Part shown: in pieces, positions 57,974 through 64,000 of the stretch
Layout: every line of letters begins with the position of its first letter
How positions within the stretch are numbered: position 1 is the stretch's first letter
Assembly: GCA_002495675.1 (NCBI GenBank)
Contig: DAGH01000021.1
Location: 8,318 to 72,317, forward strand
Length of the DNA stretch: 64,000 bases
Reading direction: 5' to 3'
Origin: Euryarchaeota archaeon UBA182
GTDB taxonomy: Archaea > Thermoplasmatota > Poseidoniia > Poseidoniales > Thalassarchaeaceae
The notes under the pieces: model-generated
Told to the model about the DNA's origin: nothing
The model's input: the letters and a program-made list of their open reading frames with translations, nothing else
Databases searched by the model: none
Program-made: the position numbers and the translations under genes

Positions 57974-58842
57974 ACTCTATTTTCTCCCTATTCGCAAACG
58001 CTAAACATGGCGATCGGAGATCTCTCGCCAAGCTTCTTACCAAGATAGAGAACGGCGAGGAAATCGATATTCCGACCACAAAAGCCGCTTGGGTTTTGGG
58101 TGTGACCGGCCCACCCGGCGCGGGTAAATCGACATTAATTGATAGACTGGCATCCTATTGGTCAGAAAACAGACAGAGGGTAGCAATTCTGGCCGTTGAC
58201 CCTTCATCTCCCATATCTGGTGGGGCCCTCTTGGGAGATAGGGCAAGGATGGTCCACTCCAACCCTGCTCAAGTCTTTTTCAGGTCTATTTCTGCTAGGG
58301 GAAATCACGGTGGGATACCAAATGGACTTGAACACATGATACAGACACTGTCGGAGTTGGGATGGGACAGGATCATAATCGAGACGGTTGGGGTGGGGCA
58401 AGGCGAGTTTGCAGTCATCTCCGTTGCGGACCGAATCCTGTTGGTCGATGGGCCAGATCGTGGTGATGTTTTACAAGCAGAAAAAGCTGGGATATTGGAG
58501 ATTGCTGACCTGATTGCCTGCAACAAATCTGATCTTCCGGGATCCTTGGCCGCGATGAAATCCATCGAAGATGGCCTATCTTATTCCGAGAACCCTCCAG
58601 CGGTCATTGGAGTATCATCACTCACAGGAGATGGTATCGAAAATCTAATTCATAGGATAGAGACCATGGAGCCTGACCTAGCAAAGAGCACCGCAAGAGC
58701 AAAAATTTCCCTCGAATGTTCTATGATATCTAGAATAAGAAAATCCCCATTGTATGATGACGTTGTGAATGACATATCGAAGAATAAGATCACCTCAAAA
58801 GAGGGGGCTGAAAGATTGGAGGAGTATTATGGAAGATTATAA
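57964..58842 (+). CDS. meaB: Methylmalonyl-CoA mutase-associated G-protein chaperone MeaB/ArgK
   Basis: 292 aa with a GTG start overlapping the mutase gene by 10 nt. P-loop GVTGPPGAGKSTLID, then SPISGGALLGDR, ETVGVGQGE and NKSD (NKxD). Confidence 0.88.
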   Translation: MELNSIFSLFANAKHGDRRSLAKLLTKIENGEEIDIPTTKAAWVLGVTGPPGAGKSTLIDRLASYWSENRQRVAILAVDPSSPISGGALLGDRARMVHSNPAQVFFRSISARGNHGGIPNGLEHMIQTLSELGWDRIIIETVGVGQGEFAVISVADRILLVDGPDRGDVLQAEKAGILEIADLIACNKSDLPGSLAAMKSIEDGLSYSENPPAVIGVSSLTGDGIENLIHRIETMEPDLAKSTARAKISLECSMISRIRKSPLYDDVVNDISKNKITSKEGAERLEEYYGRL

Positions 58843-59467
58843 TGTAAATGTGGATCACGCAAAACATTCCATTGGCGGGGATTTCGGACATGTGATACGA
58901 AGAATTACCCACGTATCGATGGTGATCATACCATTATTGTATTATTCCTATGGCAACACTATAGCAGCATTCCTCTCCCTGAACCCACAAGAATTTGTCA
59001 GTCTGGTATGCCTATCCATAATATTGGTCGAGGGAATAAGGTTGAAGATGGGTGTTGTCGTAATAGGACAACGCGAATACGAATCTAATCAGATCTCTGC
59101 GTTGGCATGGGGCACCTTGTCAGTATCCATAGCATTACTGATTTCTCCTACGATGGGCAATACCGGATTTGAAGCAGGTTTGTTCGGGACTCCCATCATC
59201 TTCGGACTATGCATCGTCGATCCTGTGATGGGAGAGGTGAAAAGAAGAACAGAGGGTTTGCGAACCGCTATTGTTTTTGGATTACTAGCCTCCTATGTTG
59301 TATGGTTTGGGTGTTGGCATTTAATTGGGACACCTTTGTTGGCTTCCGTTTTGTTGGCTCCCCTGACGGTTGTAGGTGAACTACCAAAGACCAAATCGAT
59401 AGATGATAATGCGACAATGGTGTTTTTCCCACTCATCGGCCTAATATTACTGCAACCTTGGCTTTGA
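58829..59467 (+). CDS. Hypothetical polytopic membrane protein (weak resemblance to polyprenol/dolichol-kinase-like CTP-dependent family)
   Basis: ORF track gives 58769..59467. ATG 58829 (MEDYNVN) overlaps the meaB end by 14 nt. It has about 6 hydrophobic helices. VDPVMGEVKRR and DDNATMVFFPL loosely recall kinase/cytidylyltransferase family motifs. The family assignment is speculative. Confidence 0.45.
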   Translation: MEDYNVNVDHAKHSIGGDFGHVIRRITHVSMVIIPLLYYSYGNTIAAFLSLNPQEFVSLVCLSIILVEGIRLKMGVVVIGQREYESNQISALAWGTLSVSIALLISPTMGNTGFEAGLFGTPIIFGLCIVDPVMGEVKRRTEGLRTAIVFGLLASYVVWFGCWHLIGTPLLASVLLAPLTVVGELPKTKSIDDNATMVFFPLIGLILLQPWL

Positions 59468-59558
59468 CTGAGGTTAGGTTTACATCTATGCCTCTCCCCC
59501 TTGGACTGATGACTGACGGATCGGCAAATGACGCTCCAAGGCCACTGTCTCAGAATAC

Positions 59559-60083
59559 TTACATCTTCGTCTGGATATTGGCATCAGTGTCATCCGTGGC
59601 GATCTTTATCAGGTTCTTTTGATCGTATTTGCCAAACTTTCCAATTTCCAAACCTTCCGATCGGAGAATTTTGGATTTAGTTTCAATCCCATTCAGTGAA
59701 TTATACTCGCCAATAAAGCCATTTTCTGGAACGACCCTATGACAAGGTACCAGTATCGGCCATGGGTTGTTCGACAATGCCGTGCCGACGGCCCTGGAAT
59801 AACCCTTGGATCCAAGTGATTTTGCAATTTCACCATATGTGATAATTGATCCCTGAGGAATCGTGCGCATCAGAAATCGGTACACACTCCATTTGAATTC
59901 AGATACTCTTGAGGAATCTAACTTACTCACATCAACATACTCATAGGGTGTTAAATCAGGTATGGAATCAAAATTATCGCCTCGAGATAATCTAGTTGAT
60001 ATGATCAATCCGGCACTGTATTGAATCTCTAACAGTAACCCGTTGTAGAGAACCGTCCTGATCGTGTCATTATTGTGAGGCAT
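59559..60083 (-). CDS. ogt: O6-alkylguanine-DNA alkyltransferase
   Basis: Active-site motif ILVPCHRVV (PCHR) preceded by TYGEIAKSLG...RAVGTALSNNP. The start is trimmed to MPHNNDT; the ORF track extends to 60188. Confidence 0.88.
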   Translation of the reverse strand: MPHNNDTIRTVLYNGLLLEIQYSAGLIISTRLSRGDNFDSIPDLTPYEYVDVSKLDSSRVSEFKWSVYRFLMRTIPQGSIITYGEIAKSLGSKGYSRAVGTALSNNPWPILVPCHRVVPENGFIGEYNSLNGIETKSKILRSEGLEIGKFGKYDQKNLIKIATDDTDANIQTKM

Positions 60084-60381
60084 CATCTGGTTCTTCCATT
60101 CCCACAATCTCATAATTGGATGGGAACAAGGCAATAATGACACCCGCAACAAGAGATCCGAGGCCAAAGTAGAATTGTTGCTTAACAATCATTAGTTCCA
60201 ATCCTATTGCGAATAATAAAAGCCCACCTAGATTGGAGACCCAAACCAGAGTTTTGAAGGTGGATAGACTAACTCCCGTAGAGTTTTGACTTCTTTTTGG
60301 ACCAAATTCGGCTCCGAAACGGACAGGGTCAGGTGATCGTTCTTCCACGATGGGCCCTGGGCAGGGGTTGCATTTTAACAT
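60070..60381 (-). CDS. Hypothetical small membrane protein
   Basis: 103-aa ORF with two hydrophobic helices (LVWVSNLGGLLLFAIGL; GLGSLVAGVIIALF), directly upstream of and slightly overlapping ogt. The start is uncertain. Confidence 0.35.
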   Translation of the reverse strand: MLKCNPCPGPIVEERSPDPVRFGAEFGPKRSQNSTGVSLSTFKTLVWVSNLGGLLLFAIGLELMIVKQQFYFGLGSLVAGVIIALFPSNYEIVGMEEPDDASQ

Positions 60382-60446
60382 TTGAATTACAAAACCACAA
60401 GACGATCAATTCAAGCGGTCTAGATGCAGCGGCATCATTAGGTCGA

Positions 60447-61694
60447 ATGCACATAGTGATGATATCTGCTGAATACCCCCCGCGTTGGGGTGGAATGGGG
60501 AGCACTGTCTATCACCTTTCAAGACATCTGGCACACAATGGGCATAAGGTGTCTGTCATCACAAGATCAAACAAAAAAAAGGCTAATGTGGGCCAACATG
60601 GTATTGACGTTTATGAGGTACCATGGGCAAAAATACCGATGTATTTCACAAGATCGTTCGCCCATCACTCTCTAAAGGCGTTAAATTCGATTGCAATCAA
60701 GCAACCTATCGATGTCATCCACCTACATCTTCCAATGGTTAGCCTCTCTGATAATCAAATGAAGAAATGCAGATCCATCGCACCGACTGTGGCATCGCTA
60801 CACGGGTCATGGCTAGGGGAGAGAGATGGTCTGATTACAGCAAGAAATGTCGGCGAACCTGCAGTTTTCAGAAACCCCAATGATCTGGCCATCTTATTAT
60901 CCGCCGTGCATTATGCTAAGTACGAAAAAACATCAGCTCTGAATGCTCATGTTTCCATTTCCAATTCGAAAGCCACTCAAGCAGATTTTATCGAGAGGTA
61001 CAAGATGCCGCCAGAGTGGAATTGTAAGACAATATACTGGGGTGTGGACACAGATCTCTTTTGTCCTGTAGAAGAAAATGGAACATCAAAGAGACCGAGA
61101 GAGCAAGTCCGCACTAATTATGGGTTCAATTATGACGATCCAGTTTTGTTGGCGGTCGGGAGGTTAGCTGCTAGAAAAGGATATAGCACGTTGCTCAGAG
61201 CATTCAGAATTGTAATCAAAGAGATACCGAATGCTAAGTTACTGATAGTAGGACGTGGCGGTATGAAAAAGAATTTATACAAATATGCGACAAAAGAAGG
61301 ATTCAAACCATCGATAAGAATCGAGAGCAGTCTGGATTTCAATGAGCTATCCAATGTCTACAACTCATGTGACCTTACCATATTTCCATCGTACTACGAG
61401 GGTCAAGGCCTCATACCACTAGAGTCCATGTCCTCTGGTGTCCCTGTGATTGCTACCAATAGCGGCCCAATCCCTGAGATGGTTGACGATGAGGTTGGCT
61501 CACTATTCGAATTAGGCGATGAAGCAGATCTCGCCAAGAAGATTGTCGACGAACTGAGTCAAAGAAACCGACTCATAGAAAAAGGGAAAAAGGGGAGGCA
61601 GAGAGTCGTTGACCGATTTTCATTCAAGGATTCGTGCAAAGCATTCGAGGGCATATATGAAGATCTTGCATCAGATGTCAACGATCTATCATGA
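60447..61694 (+). CDS. Glycosyltransferase, GT4 family (GT-B fold)
   Basis: The start at MHIVMISAEYPPRWGGMGS is a typical GT4 N-terminus. The C-terminal EX7E-type region is PSYYEGQGLIPLESMSSGVPVIAT. Confidence 0.85.
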   Translation: MHIVMISAEYPPRWGGMGSTVYHLSRHLAHNGHKVSVITRSNKKKANVGQHGIDVYEVPWAKIPMYFTRSFAHHSLKALNSIAIKQPIDVIHLHLPMVSLSDNQMKKCRSIAPTVASLHGSWLGERDGLITARNVGEPAVFRNPNDLAILLSAVHYAKYEKTSALNAHVSISNSKATQADFIERYKMPPEWNCKTIYWGVDTDLFCPVEENGTSKRPREQVRTNYGFNYDDPVLLAVGRLAARKGYSTLLRAFRIVIKEIPNAKLLIVGRGGMKKNLYKYATKEGFKPSIRIESSLDFNELSNVYNSCDLTIFPSYYEGQGLIPLESMSSGVPVIATNSGPIPEMVDDEVGSLFELGDEADLAKKIVDELSQRNRLIEKGKKGRQRVVDRFSFKDSCKAFEGIYEDLASDVNDLS

Positions 61695-62040
61695 CTATGG
61701 CATCTGTCGGGCAGGCAAGAACGCACAAGCCACATCCTGTGCAGGGCTCCCGAAGGATCCTAGCCTTCTTGTTGATATCGACATCTAGGATCGGACTTCT
61801 CAATTTCACTGGATAGACCTCTATCGCATCATCATCACAAACAATAGTACACTGATCGCACCCAATGCATAGTTCTTCTTTGACCCATGCTACGTGTTCT
61901 GGACCAATTTTTAATTTAGCTCTCTCGCCTGCCCTCTGAGCCGTCATTAAGGCTCGAATACGGCTCTGCTCTATAGCACGCCTCGATTCCAAGTCCGATA
62001 TTTTGGTCATGCTTGGCCTTACCAGTTGGGACACACTCAT
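61678..62040 (-). CDS. 2x[4Fe-4S] ferredoxin-domain protein
   Basis: 120 aa with CIGCDQCTIVCDDDAI and CTGCGLCVLACPTDAI cluster motifs. Its 3' end overlaps the convergent GT4 gene by 17 nt. Confidence 0.8.
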   Translation of the reverse strand: MSVSQLVRPSMTKISDLESRRAIEQSRIRALMTAQRAGERAKLKIGPEHVAWVKEELCIGCDQCTIVCDDDAIEVYPVKLRSPILDVDINKKARILREPCTGCGLCVLACPTDAIVMIDR

Positions 62041-62064
62041 GAAAGCATGGTTTTGGCCTAGGCC

Positions 62065-62328
62065 ATGGTTGATGCATCACCCGCAAGACCAATCCTCAGT
62101 GATTTCATAGCAATTTCGATACCCACATCTATCTGGGCTTGGGTTGTGATACAGTCTTCTTTCCAATCTGGCTGGTTCTCATTCATATGCTCTGGGATTG
62201 TTGGATTTTTCCTTTGGCTTACAAGCGTGGCTTATGGTGAAACCAGGTTCAGTAGGATGGTCATAGTGGGAGTTACATTATCCGCGATCCTGTCACTGTC
62301 ATCGGCAATATATACTGTCTCGAGTTAG
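62065..62328 (+). CDS. Hypothetical small membrane protein
   Basis: 87 aa with three hydrophobic helices. It does not overlap other genes and sits between the ferredoxin and the HdrD-like gene. Confidence 0.4.
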   Translation: MVDASPARPILSDFIAISIPTSIWAWVVIQSSFQSGWFSFICSGIVGFFLWLTSVAYGETRFSRMVIVGVTLSAILSLSSAIYTVSS

Positions 62329-62329
62329 G

Positions 62330-64000
62330 TCAGGCCCGCTTGGATTCTATCTGTCTTGCCAAAAAGGAGACAACATCAAGTATCTCGAAGTCGTGTCTCG
62401 GGTCTCCCTCAAACTTCAAGCATTCAAAGTGACTTACGCACTTGGGGCAGGAAGTGAGCATCACTTCGGCGCCCGTAGCTTTGACCTCGTCGAATCTTTG
62501 TAATCTGAGGGCCCTTGAATTCTCGTTGCATGACATCATGCTGGATACCCCGCAACAAAGCCCGTCTTCTCCGTGATGCTCCATCTCTACGAGGTTGACA
62601 CCATCCACTTGTTTGACAAGGTCCCTGGGCTCGTCATAGATATTCATCTGACGTCCCAATCTGCATGGATCGTGATATGTGACTGTCATGTCCTCTTCTA
62701 CAGCCATCTTGACATCGAATCCTTGTTGTGTAATGAACTCGGTCGTATGCATGACCTTCATTTCATCTAGTTCATAGTCAAGAGCGAATGTCCGGAAGCA
62801 TTCTGCACATGAAGTTACGAGGGTCTCAATCCCGCTGTCCTTGAGTTTCTTCTGGTTGTAGGATTTTAGCTTATCAAAGACCTCATTCATCCCTTGCCAC
62901 TTTTGATCATGACCGCAGCACTTCAGGAAGTCCCTTCCTAAGTATGACACGTCTAGCTCCATCTCATCGAAAATAGTGAAGGCTGCTGTAGTTGTCTCAC
63001 CAAGGTTCATCTCTCCTTCGTTTAGGTGGCTGAACACCATCTCCTGGTCGATATAGTCAACGCAACCTGGGTAGTAGCCGATAGTTGAGTCTAAGGGGTA
63101 TTCTTCGATCAGTGCGAAGTCATCATCCGCATCCTCTTCTGCCTCTGCAGCCAGGACGGCCTGAAGGACTGTGTGTGGTATTTCTGCTGCTGGAGGGCCT
63201 CCGACAATCATACTTCTCCTTATGTCGACGTATGAGTCATAGTCTACAAGCTGTGGACATGCGTTGGTGCAGGCTGTGCAAGTCAAGCACGAGTAAAGCG
63301 GGACGCCATCATCTTCATTGTTCCATGTATTGTATATGATGTTCAACTTGTCTCCTGCGTTGAATAGCCTCACGGGACATGCATCATCGCAAAGATCGCA
63401 TCCATAGCACTTGTTCATCTCCCATTCATAGCCTCTGGCCATGCCCCGGAGAGCCATGTAGACAAGGGCACCAAAGCCAGCGCATGGTATGAATAGAGAA
63501 TAGATTAATTTGGCATCTAGACTCTTTGGATTCTTCTCGAATGTTGGGTTTTCTACCAACATAGTTTGTAATTCGGTAATTGCTAAATCCGTATTGGACC
63601 TCAAGATCGCATTACCATTGTCTCCTAATATCAAAGGCTGGTATGCACTGAGCGTGTAGCTTAGGATTACTTCTACGGAAGTATCGATGTCAGTTGATGT
63701 GCTAATGAATTCTAAACGGTATGACTCCCCTGATCGGAGTTTTATGACACTTGATTCACACTCATCCTCCGATAGGGACCAGATAGCCACGTCGTTTGAG
63801 TCCAAAAGTGTCAGACTTTGTGTGTGGACTCCGGCCCCTCGGACAGTTGTCCTAAACGAACACCCCAAGTCGGTCACCACTTCATCCAGTCCCATGTTTT
63901 CGACGAAGAAAGTCTGGTTGTGTTGGTAGGTGTATGTAGTGTCGTCATCTGTACCGAGGTATCCACCAGAATGATACGCCCCGTTTAACTCATTATCTGC
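62330..64000 (-). CDS. HdrD/GlpC-like Fe-S oxidoreductase with two CCG domains, preceded by a TM helix and an N-terminal extension (5' end outside the window)
   Basis: ORF track gives 62330..63895. I translated 63896-64000 in the same frame and found no stop (...GAYHSGGYLGTDDDTTYTYQHNQTFFVEN-MGLDE), so the gene probably continues past the window. Motifs: CYGCDLCDDACPV and CLTCTACTNACPQ ([4Fe-4S] sites), and FLKCCGHDQ and DGLCCGVSS (CCG). The TM LIYSLFIPCAGFGALVYMAL lies just before the Fe-S domain. Confidence 0.75.
   Translation of the reverse strand, partial: ADNELNGAYHSGGYLGTDDDTTYTYQHNQTFFVENMGLDEVVTDLGCSFRTTVRGAGVHTQSLTLLDSNDVAIWSLSEDECESSVIKLRSGESYRLEFISTSTDIDTSVEVILSYTLSAYQPLILGDNGNAILRSNTDLAITELQTMLVENPTFEKNPKSLDAKLIYSLFIPCAGFGALVYMALRGMARGYEWEMNKCYGCDLCDDACPVRLFNAGDKLNIIYNTWNNEDDGVPLYSCLTCTACTNACPQLVDYDSYVDIRRSMIVGGPPAAEIPHTVLQAVLAAEAEEDADDDFALIEEYPLDSTIGYYPGCVDYIDQEMVFSHLNEGEMNLGETTTAAFTIFDEMELDVSYLGRDFLKCCGHDQKWQGMNEVFDKLKSYNQKKLKDSGIETLVTSCAECFRTFALDYELDEMKVMHTTEFITQQGFDVKMAVEEDMTVTYHDPCRLGRQMNIYDEPRDLVKQVDGVNLVEMEHHGEDGLCCGVSSMMSCNENSRALRLQRFDEVKATGAEVMLTSCPKCVSHFECLKFEGDPRHDFEILDVVSFLARQIESKRA

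Noticed and set aside
59506-59516. C/D-box sRNA-like string ctgatgactga (UGAUGA followed by CUGA)
   Set aside because: The C-like and D-like boxes are directly adjacent with no guide segment. I could not find a matching second box pair or terminal stem at the right spacing on either strand.
60297-60446. 50-codon N-terminal extension of the GT4 glycosyltransferase ORF
   Set aside because: The GT4 consensus N-terminus (MHIVMISAEYPP.WGG) begins at 60447. The extension overlaps the small minus-strand membrane ORF.

Overview
This 64-kb window is a very gene-dense archaeal chromosomal segment, almost entirely coding on one strand or the other. Archaeal-type informational genes are clear: archaeosine synthase ArcS, aIF6, RNase P protein Rpp21, uS15, archaeal GluRS, PheRS beta, RNase HII and type II GAPDH. 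Together with bacterial-type DnaJ and adenylate kinase, methylmalonyl-CoA pathway genes, S8 peptidases, very large surface proteins and a 23S-5S pair without a 16S, this fits a planktonic Thermoplasmatota genome (Marine Group II/Poseidoniales-like). That placement is inference from gene content, not a database hit. Housekeeping genes are interleaved with seven very large secreted or membrane-anchored proteins. The first ~23 kb looks like a surface-glycoprotein island. It holds an AglB/STT3 oligosaccharyltransferase fused to about 1,800 residues of Ig-like beta-sandwich repeats with a second membrane anchor. It also holds a membrane S8 protease, a ~1,400-aa beta-helix adhesin-like protein, a wHTH-STAND-TPR NTPase convergent with an MBL-fold hydrolase, and a ~1,900-aa protein carrying about two dozen thrombospondin-type-3-like calcium-binding repeats. 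Other notable items: a pyroglutamyl-peptidase-like/NUDIX (MutT) fusion; an orphan GXGXG (GltS/FwdC-like) protein fused to an unknown domain; a 1,560-aa S8 protease; and a textbook bulge-helix-bulge processing stem around the 23S rRNA. There is also a carboxyltransferase/small subunit/BCCP operon with no biotin carboxylase or pump subunit in view, and an HdrD/CCG-type Fe-S protein with a TM helix and an N-terminal extension that runs off the window. I found no CRISPR array, transposase, integrase or tRNA gene. Convergent genes abut with 0-2 nt between stop codons at seven junctions. All domain calls come from motif recognition by eye and need HMM or structure confirmation.
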